Notes under the pieces: generated by a model | Told to the model about the DNA's origin: nothing | What the model saw: only the letters and a program-made list of their open reading frames with translations | Databases searched by the model: none | Position numbers and translations under genes: made by a program | In this document: in pieces, positions 12,981 to 25,329 of the stretch | Position numbering within the stretch: the first letter of the stretch is position 1 | Layout of the letters: every line of letters starts with the position of its first letter | NCBI GenBank assembly: GCA_973895155.1 | Contig: OZ316899.1 | Coordinates: 1 to 64,000, forward strand | DNA length: 64,000 nt | From: Marsupella aquatica | Lineage: Eukaryota > Plantae > Marchantiophyta | Reading direction: 5' to 3'

Positions 12981-13199
12981 TTGTCTCTGCTGCTGCCTTT
13001 TGAGCTGCAATCGGAAGCGCTTCATCTTTCTTCGAGAACTCTGGCGATAGTTCACATTTTGACCCGAAGCTGCCCTGACGAGATGTCAAGATCTCTCTGG
13101 TTTGAGAGTCGAATGACGGATTGTGAATGAGTGAGTTGACAAAGATCCACAAATGATTTTTGACCTGAAACGACTTCACCATCATGTGAGCCTTCCGAA

Positions 13200-13400
13200 T
13201 CATAATGAAGTCCTTCCAAAACATCAAACACATTAGTCTTCAGGATGTCAAAGTGTTCCCTGAAGAGCTTCTCGGTTTCCTCTTCAAATTTAGTTGCTGC
13301 AAACTTCCGAGCAAGTTTGAGCATCTGCCGTACATTATCTACTCCTAATCGTTGGCAAAGCTCAGCCTCGCAAAACTCAGCGTCGATGATTAATTAGCAT
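13200..13400 (-). pseudogene. Possible BTB/POZ C-terminal helix fragment (duplicated at ~35720-35890)
   Basis: AEFCEAELCQRLGVDNVRQMLKLARKFAATKFEEETEKLFREHFD resembles the CExxL...NV...LxLA...A..L...F..NF pattern at the end of BTB domains. Confidence 0.35.
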
Positions 13401-14934
13401 CTAGAACAAATTGGAAGGGATATCTAGTGAAGGCCGATCGCGATGTAGCAGTGATGACAAAACAACGTTGTAGGTCCTGTTTGGAGGCCAATTCAACGAC
13501 AGTGCTTTGTATCAGCCCATCAAAAGCGGAATAATGATCAGCGGAGGTTAACTATTTTTGTAAATTTGTAGCAGGTCCTAGTACAGAACCATAGTGCTGA
13601 AAGTTGCCCTTTCTTTCCCGGGGGGACATTTATGACAGGACGTGATTGTTTCTCTCACCTAGAGATAGCCGATGGCATCACAATCGCTCTGGTGCTCCAG
13701 CCAAGCACAGCTCCTTGTTCCCAGAGCTACTGTCCAGAGTGCAAACTTACGTCGTGGCAGTCCTAGTGTGAACCAACCTTGATCAGGCCCCAAGAAAGCT
13801 GACAGAGCGGCTACATACTGAGGCTTGATTCCAAGCTATGCAAATCTTGCACTTATGTGAGCATGCTTTGTCCCAGATGGGAACTCTGCCCTCTGGGTCC
13901 GGCCCCGTAGCACCTGCTTGTCCCAGCTGTTTATCGAACTGTCCCCATTGCCCATTTGATCCGGCACTGTACAGCTGTAGCCCCTTTTCCTCCTTGCCCC
14001 CGCACTTTCGAATTGCAGCTCGAATGAATGTGCACCGACTGAGCAGCCAGGTGGATCAAATCAGCTTTAGTATTATGTCAGTCTTTGCCTGCTGTTGCTC
14101 CCTTTGGCTCAGCATCCAAAGCTGCTGACTACCTCGGGCTTGTTTGATAGTAGGTAGGCATGGGGTCACTGCGAGTTGTTGTACTGTCCTGTATACTTTA
14201 GTGGCGCACCTCCTACCGAAGTATCATGTCTTTCCCCTGCTCAAATCGGCTAAGGTTCTGTACCATAGCATCCGTCTATCATCGGTATCAAGTTCTAATC
14301 ACATTGGCTTGCTACAACATTACTCCGACAAGTCTCAGTGACCCAACAGCATCGCGATCCCTAACTACTCCGCCAAATTTTCCAAAGCTCAGCACAGTAT
14401 TGACTTTACACGTGACCTCTTAAGCAAACCATTCATTCCTGTAGACTCAAGCAACCGATGCTCAGAGTCTCATCGCCTTCGCAGATCATTGGGGGGCAAC
14501 AAACCACCGGCAGCACTTGAGAGATAGAAGGGATGCATGCCGACGCGGGAGCTCAATCACCACTGAACAGCCCCGCCTGGCATCACCATTCTCTGGCTCG
14601 TGGGGTCCCGCCTTCATTTCTTCATCGTTTTGCTTCTCGTTGGACTATCGCAGCTTGAGTTTTTCAATTGGGCTTGTTACCAGTCTTGTCGTCTTGAGCT
14701 TCATCGAGGAGTCTCTAACATGTGTACTTGTCGCTCGTCTGGTTAGATCGACTTTGTATCGACTGCTGCTGCCAACAGATCCTTGTGGTGAGTTCTCCCT
14801 TCTCTAGTTCGAATGTAATATCTTCCCTCCATTCTGTTGTGCCTCCCCCTAGAGTCCTGTGGGCAGGATAGAGATGGATCCTCCGAGCTTGTATAGGAGG
14901 AGAGATTGATGGACAATGGTTCAATTAGCAAAGA

Positions 14935-15176
14935 GGCGATTTGATCGCATGCGTAAGTATGCAGAGAATGATGTCATTGTCCCGGCGAAGTTAAAAGAGT
15001 TTCTGAACGCAGAGCAAGGTGAAACCGAGGTTACATTGGGTGATGCCGAGAAGATCATCAATGAGCAGATGGCTCACGAGAATACGATATTGATGAAAGC
15101 GAAGCACTCCTTCACATTGGATGCATTCCTCCGGTACCTTCTCGACCCGGTTGTCAACATTGCTTACTTAAACAAG
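14935..15176 (+). pseudogene. Phosphoinositide phospholipase C EF-hand exon fragment (partial copy at 39511-39625)
   Basis: KYAENDV...LKEFLNAEQGE...DAEKIINE...FTLDAFLRYL matches the plant PI-PLC N-terminus; ends at donor AAG|GTGAGA; no catalytic exons follow. Confidence 0.75.
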
Positions 15177-16182
15177 GTGAGACGAAACTAGACGCGTCAA
15201 TTTTTCCGTTTCTCATGTCTCGAGTAAGGCACGAATTAGAGTGGAGCCAATCCAGTACTTCACGGTGAATTCTAGCACACTATTGTGGCTGCGGTAGTAG
15301 GCAGATCGGTGCAGATTGACTTGTGTGTTCCGACAATGAGTGATTCTATAAAGCTGTGAAGAGGGTCTATATATGGCGGATCTTTATAGGTACGGATGGC
15401 TCATAGGCAGTTTTGTTGACTTTCGTGGTCGGAAGCTGCCTTCAATCTGTCCCGAGATAAGGCTGAGAAATGCTTGCCATATTCAGGGGAAACTAGGTTC
15501 TCATTGTGTGTAAATTAAGGCTTCAAGAAAAAATGACTAGTCTTGAGGGCTATAGTTCAATTTTTATTGATCATTGATCTGAGGTTTTGTCCTTCTTCTA
15601 CATTGCAGGATGTTGTGCATCTATAGTGAGAAATAATTATATCTCGTCATTGAGTTTGATGACCTGGACTTCAAGAGGCATGGACTTCTCCCCACATTTT
15701 GAAATTACATTCTGGTGGGTGCAATAGGTCCAATTTATATGTGTGGTGCAACGTTACATTGAAAAACCTCAATTGGTGCTTCTACTAGAGCAAGGTTGAG
15801 GTGAGCCGGGGAGTTGGAGTTTCTATCTAATCTTTGCAATTCATATTTCAATGAGATCTGTGCAGACACATTGACCGTGTATTTTTCTACAAGTTTTATT
15901 CTTCAAAAATCCAAAAAATGACATTTCCACAACCCACTCAAGTAAGTAACATAATATCTATTTTTTTCAATCATTTTTAAAAAAATTATTAATATAATAG
16001 ACATTATGGATTTAAGTAACTAAAAAATATTATATTATTACAAATTTATATTAATTTTTTAATCAAAATTCTGATTGGTAATAAATATTTACTATATTTA
16101 ATAGTGTAACAGTTTTATTTAAAAAGTTTGGAAAACAATTTGATTAGTACTGACACAAAAATGCAATTTGACAATTTTGCAG

Positions 16183-17559
16183 ATGCTCCATAAACGAAGG
16201 GAGAGGAGAAAAAATGAAAATAAATTTCATGAATATGGCGCCGAATTTTCTATCATAACATTTTGTTCAATATGGGATTATCTAAGCAAATTATGTGAAT
16301 CTAAACAACAATTTATTTTATATTGGATTTTAAAAAATGAAAATATTTTTGTATATTTTGTTACACACATTTTACAAATAAATGTGTCCAATTTTTCAAG
16401 AGCTAAATTTTTGAATGGGTATAACAACTGCAGAAGTGCAATTTCACCAATTCTCCCTCTTCAAACACTTCAACAAACCGAGAAAATCTTTCATCATCAT
16501 CAACAGAGACAAAAATTGCCTCCACTATTGAAAAAATTCATGGGAAAATTTCACATCCTTAACCTATCCCAACTCCGTACCTTACAAGTAGAGAGGGTAG
16601 CTTCTTGTAAAGTTGACAATACATTCTCTTCAACACAAGTAGAAGTGCAACAAATATCAAAATCACAACTGAAAAAATTGACTGGAGTGATAATGGGAAA
16701 TTGGAATGAAGACATGACTAAAACCAATCATAGTAATCTTACATTCACATTTGAGCGTTATCCATCAAATTTTCTAGTGATAGAGAAATCTGAAAATATT
16801 GTTTACTTTTACGACAAGTCAGGGAAAAAGCCTTGGCTTGTAGCAATGCTTATGCACCAACAAATATTGGGAGTGACAACATTACAATTCATTCGAAAAC
16901 TTTTGAGTGCATTGTTTGTTGCTCATTCTCCATTTCAAAGAGGCGAGGGGAAAAAAGCTTTTGACAGCTTCATGACAGGATATGGTCCTTGGAATAGCAG
17001 TTACATGGGTGGCCGTTTGACTTATTACACACACCAGAAGAAGATGAATACCATTTTCGATGATTGCCTTGATGTCAAAGATTTTGAGAAGTGGATCGAT
17101 AAATATTCACATATTGAACTTATGGATATTATATTGGGGCTTTATATGTGGTGGTGCCCAGAGATGATAGAGTGTTTTTTGGAATACTCTCATCCGTACT
17201 TACTATCATCTGATGGTGACAAATATCATGGAAGTGAAGAGCAGATAGGGGAGAATGTTAGACCTAGTACTTACCAATTATATATAAGTGAGGATTATTG
17301 TGTGCAAACACATGCTGATGATGATGCAACTGACTTCACCTTAGCGTATGCTAGTCATCCTGACCATTTCCTTTCAGCAATCGATTTTGTAATTCCAGAG
17401 TATGGAATTCGATTGCCAATTAGAGATGGAAATCTATTTGCATTTCGGAGCGATGTTGTTCATGGTACAGGCTTTAGAATGAAAACATCGAATCCTGCAT
17501 ATGTTGGAGCTATTACCGTGAATAAAAACCTCAGCAGACTGATGCAAAAATTACATTAA
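16183..17559 (+). CDS. TET/JBP-like 2OG-Fe(II) dioxygenase, copy 1 (458 aa from ATG 16183)
   Basis: Intact AT-rich ORF; core YQLYISEDYCVQTHADDD...DFVIPEYGIRLPIRDGNLFAFRSDVVHGT gives HxD...H iron ligands in a DSBH pattern; upstream RG...MTGYG motif; basic N-terminus; ATG directly after TTTTGCAG acceptor. Confidence 0.75.
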   Translation: MLHKRRERRKNENKFHEYGAEFSIITFCSIWDYLSKLCESKQQFILYWILKNENIFVYFVTHILQINVSNFSRAKFLNGYNNCRSAISPILPLQTLQQTEKIFHHHQQRQKLPPLLKKFMGKFHILNLSQLRTLQVERVASCKVDNTFSSTQVEVQQISKSQLKKLTGVIMGNWNEDMTKTNHSNLTFTFERYPSNFLVIEKSENIVYFYDKSGKKPWLVAMLMHQQILGVTTLQFIRKLLSALFVAHSPFQRGEGKKAFDSFMTGYGPWNSSYMGGRLTYYTHQKKMNTIFDDCLDVKDFEKWIDKYSHIELMDIILGLYMWWCPEMIECFLEYSHPYLLSSDGDKYHGSEEQIGENVRPSTYQLYISEDYCVQTHADDDATDFTLAYASHPDHFLSAIDFVIPEYGIRLPIRDGNLFAFRSDVVHGTGFRMKTSNPAYVGAITVNKNLSRLMQKLH

Positions 17560-18454
17560 AATTATTGTGTAGATGTGCTCTCCCGGGGCAAGCTGAGAGC
17601 GCTTGGAGGGGCTACTCAAAGTGGTGAGTGCTCGTAGGGTGGAGATGACACCATGGTCATTTTGGATTTAGCCTGGTCATCATTATATTTGGTATTGAAA
17701 TTCAGATTCTGACGTCATTTTAGCGATTCTTTCAAGAAGAGTAAGGGTTTGGCATAATCTCGTTGAAAAATGGAATGTTGTCATCATGACTTTGCAATAT
17801 TGGGCATGTTGAGGTGTGAAAGGTAAGGCATGTTACTTGTTATGGGGGTGATATATTGAAATGGGGAGGTTTTGCAAGATAGAAGAACTCAAATAAATCA
17901 ACTCAAAGGTGGAATTGACATGATCAGCACACGTACCCTTGAGAGTAACAAACACTTTGATGATGAGGCACCAACCACAAGTTGCAAACCCCAAAGGACA
18001 AGGGTGGGTGTGGATGTCCGGAAAATGGTCTTATTCTTGTGGGGTTAGTGGTATGCATTCATTGTATGACTTTGTAGAAGAAACATACAGGCAACTTCAC
18101 CTTGTTTAGTAAATCACCCTTATTGGGCTTGTTACTTGCTTCCCATGGGCTGAAGATACAACTCTAGAGATTCTATATAGGTGGGCATCCAAACTCATCA
18201 AGGGCATAGTTACACTTGATTTGCGTGAACACCTCCAGTCATCAAATTATTGAATGTTGTCCAAACTAATCTTCTAAGCCATTTTGGTTTGCCATGACAC
18301 AACCCATGCAGACCATTGAAATAAGCACATGTGAAACTGATTTTTTTGAATACCCTGTCTGATTCTTGTAGGCCCGCTTGTAGGTCCATTACAAGGAGAG
18401 TGAATTGCAGAATTGGCCATTGTTTCTAACGGGTCTGGAAGGCTTGACAAGGTT

Positions 18455-19110
18455 AGTACATCTTAACACTTGCATTTTATGATTGACATGAGGGCATTCC
18501 AGCACTCATGTTGCAAGGCAGGGGGCTGTTTCACCTGGATTCAATTATGATAAGAATTACATATAAAAGTAGTTCTAAACTAAGGAAGAATTAAATTCAC
18601 ATCCTTTATTGCCTCCTATTATTTTCACCTTCCCATGTACTTGTTTTGTCTTAGGGTATCACAATATTTCTGGGGGCGGTGGTGGTTGGAAAAGGTTGGC
18701 ACATTTTGACACTTGCATTTAACAATTGAGATAAGGGCATTCCGGCACTCATGTTGCAAGGCAGGGGGCTGTTTGACCCGGAGTCAATCATACAAAAATT
18801 ATATATAAAAGTAGAAAGAAAAAAAACCAAATTCACATCCTACATTTCCTCCTACTGTTTTCCCTCTCCTGCTTGTTTCTATTATGGTATCATATTATTT
18901 CTAAAGAAGGAGGGGGGCAGCTCAAAAAAGTTAATATATCTTGACACTTACATTTTAATGATTGAGATGAGGGCATTCCGGCACTCATGTTGCAAGGCAG
19001 GGGGCTGTTTGACCCGGACTCAATCATACAAGAATTACATATAAAAGTAGAAAAGAAAAACCAAATTCACATTCTACATTTCCTCCTACTATTTTCACTT
19101 TCTTACTTGT
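18455..19110. repeat. Three copies of a ~240-bp unit downstream of TET-like copy 1
   Basis: Core GGGCATTCC(A/G)GCACTCATGTTGCAAGGCAGGGGGCTGTTT repeats, with unit starts at ~18467, ~18710 and ~18945. Confidence 0.9.
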
Positions 19111-21746
19111 TTCTATTATAGTTGTAGTTTGCCAGAGAGAACCAAAAGCACACTTTTATGTCTCTAAACTTTTATGAACCCTAAAGTTCCACTGACCATT
19201 TGTCTTATGAATCTATACAACACAGCGGTGTTATATGAATTCACATGGTCCGAGAATTCCCAAGATTACAGGGATTTATGAAAATATACATTTTGACTAG
19301 GATGACAAAGATTTAGAGTAAAGAATTCTTTATTTTCACACAAAGTGCATTTTGGAATGACATGGGAGTTTAAAAGTTTACATGGATATCCTCTACGAAT
19401 GCATGATTCTTTCAACATCCCATCCGAGCTTATGACTCTTTTTGGTCTTTCGCCGTGGTTTAAAAAGCAAAAGCCAACGCCCGCTGAATGACTCCCTTTT
19501 TGCTAAAAGACGTTAAAACAAAAGCTCAATTTAGTCAATTGACACATTAGCTGTCCGCTATAAAGTTGGATTGCACGACATCACGAGTGACGTGTTTACC
19601 ATGTTTTGGGAGCTATTCCTTCACAGTAGCTGTAACCTTCTCCCAAGCCTGGTGGGTTGTGTTGTTGAGAGATCGCTACTACTACAGTACTCGTTCTGTT
19701 GACGGACGATCAGCTGGGCAGGAAAGCAAGGAGCGATACAAATCAGACTTTGAGATTTGTAACTCGATTCTGACCTCTGTGTCAATTAGTAACATTTGGC
19801 AGTACTATCTGCGGGTTTCCTTCTCAAGCTATCACCAATGGAGAAATTGAGTCGTTGGTCAGTCTGTTTTACTGGACCATTGCACCTTCATTCGCCGGTG
19901 CCCCATGATCAGAAACCAGCGTCAATTGTATCAGAATTTGTGAAATCAAGATCTAAAGTGCCTTGGTCCTCTTAAAGCGACAGGTTGCCAACCAGCTTTC
20001 ATAGCAGATCGGAAGGAAAAATTGAACTAAGTCTGCCTCACTGAAGGTGCATGTTTACGGATTTTACACGTCTTGCCTCTACCACTTCTGTTGACATTTT
20101 GTCCTAGCTCAGTGACTGAGGTAGACTTGTGATGATATCCGAAACTCTATGTTAAGTGTATGCGGAAAAGAGATAGTCCTATGAATATCTTAAGAACGTC
20201 CTTGAACTAAAGGACATGAGGGGCATTTTGACTAAAGCTTTGTACAGATCATTTAGAGTAGGTCCATATCAATAGACATAAGTTTACGGCTGGAGTTAGT
20301 AGCCATTCGGATTAATACAACACGGCACCTTAGGCATACTCCAAATCCCACCTTGTAATTTTACTGGAGACCCCAGTTTTGATCAGGTTGACGGCACTTT
20401 GTCTAGCTACTCAATTGATTCAGAGCCCTACACCAGCTTGCCAATTTGTGATGGCATAAATGAAGGAATTTTGCGTCCTCATCGGCCGCTGCAGTCTAGC
20501 TCGTCTACCAGCAAGACAAGCGCGAACCATACTTACACCAATAGGTTCAGATCCATGATTTAGGAAAATAACCTTTTTTGGGAAGCGTTCGCGGCACCAG
20601 ATGGGACCCGGCCCCATGCCTATCGATCTCATGAGTGCCTCTGTAATTATTTGCCTTGTTTTGAGCTGTCACTTACATAATCGTACTGTCTGGAGACTTT
20701 AGGGTTTTGTTTGATTTGCCTTGTTTTGAGCTGAGGCAAGAATCGTACCCACATCTTAATTTCAATGAAGAGCAGATTGAGACTCTGCAATAATACTGCA
20801 AGAAGTCGCCCACGTACGAAAGGTTGTTCTGAAATTGGCTAGTGACCGAGTTCCAGTAATAATGATTCAACTTAGATTACAAACGTTATAGACGAGGAGA
20901 GAAGTAGTTTTCACCGCATTCTGCAGACCACGACCGACCTAATCTGAAACGTCGAGGCTCTTATTCACAATGAGGAGTAATCCCCAAAATCAGGCAGCTT
21001 GAAATCTGAAACCTTGGATAATAAGTGGGCTGCTATGGCAGTATAGTGTTGACAACACCTCAGAAACACAGACCTCTAAATCTTGTGGAGATGAAAGCAC
21101 CGACTGATTTCTCACATGGTAAGGGACTCCATTAATCTTAATAAACGATCATGATATGGCCAGGAACTAAACAGTAGCAGAAGATAGTTTATTACGTTGA
21201 TCTTTATGCACCACCAAGCCAGTAGCATCTTCTAAACCAAGTCAACTGGATAGAAAGTCGGAATTAGGTCCAGAACATTATTTTGTAGCTAAACAAAAAC
21301 AATTACGACACAGGAGCACATATCCACCATCATTTCTTATGTTTTCCTAAATTGCCATCTACAGAAAATATCGTAGATGTCCCTAGCCCTCATATGCAGA
21401 AGGCATTCACGAAATCACATTCCATTTCCAATGACAAGAGCACAGCTTATAGGGAAGAGTACAACTGCAGCAGCTCGAAACAACCTAGACAGACATTGAA
21501 GGAGAAGTATTTCGCCCCGTACAGAGTGCGCATTTACACATTGGAGATTCGAGAAGAATTTTGATCTCGAAATACTTCACACTATTGTGTCATGTTGGTC
21601 ATGCCAATTTGCACCTTGCTGCAAATGCATGGCTGGCTGCTGGCGCGGCCAAATAGAAAGGGGGAGTGTTGGGTAGACATTAGTCGTATGCGGGTGCTCA
21701 TCTTGCTTTAAGATAGAGGCGATGGGGCAAGGGTAGGCGCTGAGGT

Positions 21747-22389
21747 ATGATTAACAAAATATCGAAGCGCCTGCCGATTTGCAACAAAGGGAGTAATGGG
21801 CCGAATGACCCCAATGAACCAGGATCTGTAGGCGCCTCAACAACTGGAGGGGTTGGACCTGCAGCTCTGGCCCCAGCCCCGGCTGCTGCATATTTAGTTA
21901 ATCTGCTGCGGGAGCTAGGGCTGCTGTAGGCCCCAGTAGCAGGAATAACGCTTTGATCAACGGCATCGGTACCCCAAGATTTGGACCAGGAAAGGAGAAG
22001 TTGTTACCAAACTTGACTCACAATGGTTGAGGTCCCTTTTTCTATCCTCTGCCTGCTTTCAAAGACCTTCCAAATTCTGACAGGCAGAACTTGTTCATTA
22101 ACAGCTCCATCTTTGCTGTTACACTTTTGACTTCACTGACCCGACAAAGAATGTCAATGACAAAGAGATTAAGAAGCAAACCTTAGTGGAGCTGATGGAA
22201 GATGCGACATCGGGAACAGGGAAGTTCACGGAGGCTGTGTTCGAAGATATCACCAAAATGCATGTAACAAGCCTGTTTCGTACGCTACCCCCCTCCTCTC
22301 ATGAAAATACCGGAGTTGATAACTTTGATCCCAAAGAGGAGGATCCAACCTTAGAACCGGCATGGCCCCATCTTCAAATACTGTACGAG
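21747..22389 (+). pseudogene. PP2A B' (B56) regulatory subunit, 5' fragment with stops/frameshifts
   Basis: MINKISKRLP start; FDFTDPTKN...KEIKKQTLVEL; LFRTLPP...DPKEEDPTLEPAWPHLQILYE ending at a GT donor. Confidence 0.9.
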
Positions 22390-22908
22390 GTACGTATTTG
22401 AAGTCAATTTACAGGATATCAATGAAGTCAAAAGCGGGCACTTCGGGTTTCAGCCCGGATCGCTCAGCTTGAGCATAGAATGCACTCAGTTACAGCAGTC
22501 AAATCTCTGTGGCTAGACGTACTACGAGTGCTGAATCTGCACTTCAATGTAGCCGCTTCGGTGAGCGTCCGAGGTCCACACTTTGAAGCATTCAGCTCCA
22601 CTGGCGCACAATAAGAGGCACGACAAATCTAATTACTTTTGAACAATCTAACTCTCTCAAAAGCGGGACTTCTAGGCAATGGATCATCAAGGTTTAATTC
22701 ACTCTCCACAAGGTGCATGATCTTGCAACTTGGTCAGCACACTCTTCGGTTCAATCCCCCCAAGACTTTGGGTCTGCTTAGCTTGGTCGGGATGCCCGAT
22801 CCTACATCCTATTGTTATATGTTGTTTCTTTGGCGTCTAGGTACCGTGGTTTCCCCATATGGATTGATCTGGGCCTTTCTCCCCTGACTCTCGGCCTTTG
22901 GCACTGAA

Positions 22909-23170
22909 GCAAAAGTTTTGGCCTTTTCTTGCCTCCTCAGCTCAACCTCCCCCTCTCACCCACCCCTTCCTGAAAGGAAAAAAAATTCACACATCAGGAG
23001 AGTCCGTAAAGCAGGTCAGTTGTAAGAAAGAGAAAAAGCTTAGCAAAAGTTTTGGCCTTTGATTGCCTCTCAACCTCCCCCTGCCACCCACCCTTCCCGA
23101 ACGAAAGAAAAATTCACACATCAGGAGAGTCCGTAAAGCAGGTCAGCTTGTCAGCTGTAAGAGAGAGAAA
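22909..23170. repeat. ~135-bp tandem duplication
   Basis: GCAAAAGTTTTGGCCTTT...AATTCACACATCAGGAGAGTCCGTAAAGCAGGTCAG occurs twice. Confidence 0.9.
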
Positions 23171-24679
23171 TATTGTTAGTATATAGGATTTATGTTGGCC
23201 CTATGAAGGTGGGTCAAAGGTGTGCATTGCGCCTAGCTAGGGTGCCTGTAAGACGCATGTGTAATGGTGGAATGCAATTCTATACATATTATTTTTGAGG
23301 CTAAGGGGGTGGGACAAGGTGGCTGCACAGAGCCTGTCATTATGTTATCAGTATGCTCATCATCTTTCCTCTCCAGCCTTCTGCTGCTATGCTTGGGAAG
23401 CCTGGGATTCCCTTTCGGGTTGTTATGTTGTTTTGGACTAAGATAATCCAATGAAGGTAAACGACAGAACAAGAAGATGATATTTCTAGGAGAAGCTCCG
23501 TGCATGCACAATGGGTTAAAGAGTGGAGATTCGGACACAGGAGGCCGGGGAGAAGGACCCTGAAAATCGGGAATCGGCAAAGGAAATGTAAACACAAGCA
23601 GCGTTGTGCTAGAGCAGCGGCCAGATTTGCTTCTTTAAATAGAAGGCAGTAGAAAGGGAAGGGGGGGATGTAATCAAATTCGCGGCAGCTTCATTCGGTG
23701 GGCCACATTGGCTGACAATTGTTTTTTGAAACCGCGGACTTGAGATTTAGTTGGCTTCAATGTGCTGGGCACTTAAGATCGAGCTTGGAGCTTCAAAAGT
23801 AGAAATTGGGATGTATGAGCTGCAATTGCCAAAATGCGTATGAGCTGCAATTGCTAAACTGCGTCTTGTTGATTGATCACTCTACTATAGAGGCCGCCTT
23901 CAGTATATTGACCCCACGTCAGTACAGTGCTCGCTAAAATGATTAGAGACTACAAACATATAAAGACAAATAATGCCACTCAATTGACGACAATCTTTAT
24001 TTTTGGTTCTTTTGTTTGTACACCAACAACTGATTCATAGAACCACAATTTCATCATTATTCTAATGCAAGTTACACGGGCCGTACCAATCCGGCAGAAG
24101 TACATCTTGGTTCGTCTAAGCAACTATCCTTTCGTTCTCGGTTGACTAACCCCTATCTGCATTTCAGCGCACTGAGACCATTCTTGGTCCGTCTAAGGAA
24201 CTATCTTCTTGCTCTCGCTTGACTAGTCCTTATCAGTATGTGCATCCACTGAGGCATTGCTTGTGGAGAGAGCATTTGCTTTGAACTAGATCAAACAGAG
24301 TACTAAAGCTCTATTATTGAACTCCAAGGAATTCTCGTGGTTCAAGCATCGTCAGAATGAGCTGAAAATTCAAATACAGCTCATTAAATAAATGAGTAAC
24401 AACATCAATTGACACAGCTGTGCATGTAACTCGGGCAACTGCAATGAACATTACTGAGAGCTAATAAGTCTTCTGAAGGACTAGATTTCACTTTTGTCAG
24501 CTGCGGCTAGGATGTTGTACTTCTCCGCCCGGACCGCCCGGGTCTCCGCCTCTCTTGGGTGTGTTAGATATTTCTCTTCTTGTCGGTACTCGAGTCATTT
24601 GACCACCGGCATCAATGAAGGCAGCAACTACAGCCATCGCTGCTCCGGCTCCCAGTCCCACAGGTATTCTGCCAGCTCT

Positions 24680-24995
24680 CAAGGCCTAGAATAGAACAAG
24701 CCAAAACAAACTTGAGAGGGGACAACCCTTAATCAGCGCTAACCTCTGTTAGGGTATATGCTCAAGCCTAGAATAGAACCAGCCAAAACAAACTTGAGAG
24801 GGACAAAAACAGCAACCTCTGTTACGTATATGCTCAAGCCTAGAATAGAACCAGCCAAAACAAACTTGAGAGGGACAAAAACAGCAACCTCTGTTACGTA
24901 TATGCTCAAGCCTAGAATAGAACCAGCCAAAACAAACTTGAGAGGGGACAAAAACAGCAACCCTTAATCAGCGCTAGCCTTTGTTAGGTATATGC
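24680..24995. repeat. 72-bp minisatellite, ~3.5 copies
   Basis: GTATATGCTCAAGCCTAGAATAGAACCAGCCAAAACAAACTTGAGAGGG at 24754, 24826 and 24898, plus partial flanking units. Confidence 0.95.
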
Positions 24996-25329
24996 TCCCA
25001 GCAGGGACATTACCTTGTTATTTTGGGGGGCGGTTTGTCTTTCTGGCTACTTTAATTAGCGGTGTTGTGCTGGGGATAACCGGGGACATAGATTGGTTAG
25101 GACAAGGCACTTGATACTAGCATAATCTTAATTAAACTAACAAAACTCCACGAGGCAAGCATGACCTTCTTTCTCAGATCAGGTTTAGGTAGCACGAAGT
25201 CACTACAATTTCTGCATGTGTAGCACAAGATTAATCATATATATACTACTAGTTAGCGGGGATCAATTGTACAGGCTTCATTAGTATCTCACTTGGAATC
25301 AGACTTGAGTGGCATAATAGCGGTACAAT

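Larger units (their letters stand above)
13047..15463. repeat. Segmental duplication copy A (partner 35566-40430)
   Basis: Collinear near-identical blocks: 13047-13590 = 35566-36097; 13688-15332 = 37881-39783; 15345-15463 = 40315-40430. Confidence 0.95.

Noticed and set aside
16183-17559. Bacterial/phage contamination or a recent horizontal insert as the source of the AT-rich TET-like ORFs
   Set aside because: Spliceosomal donors and acceptors flank the ORFs, they have NLS-like starts, and four diverged copies are interleaved with plant sequence. An ancient horizontal origin remains possible.
17575-18330. Solo LTR directly after TET-like copy 1
   Set aside because: It has TG-start candidates and a TATA-like box, but I could not find a matching CA end with a TSD.
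21352-21670. Copia RNase H end plus polypurine tract (AAAGGGGGAG|TGTT)
   Set aside because: Protein similarity is limited to a few residues and no LTR is evident downstream.
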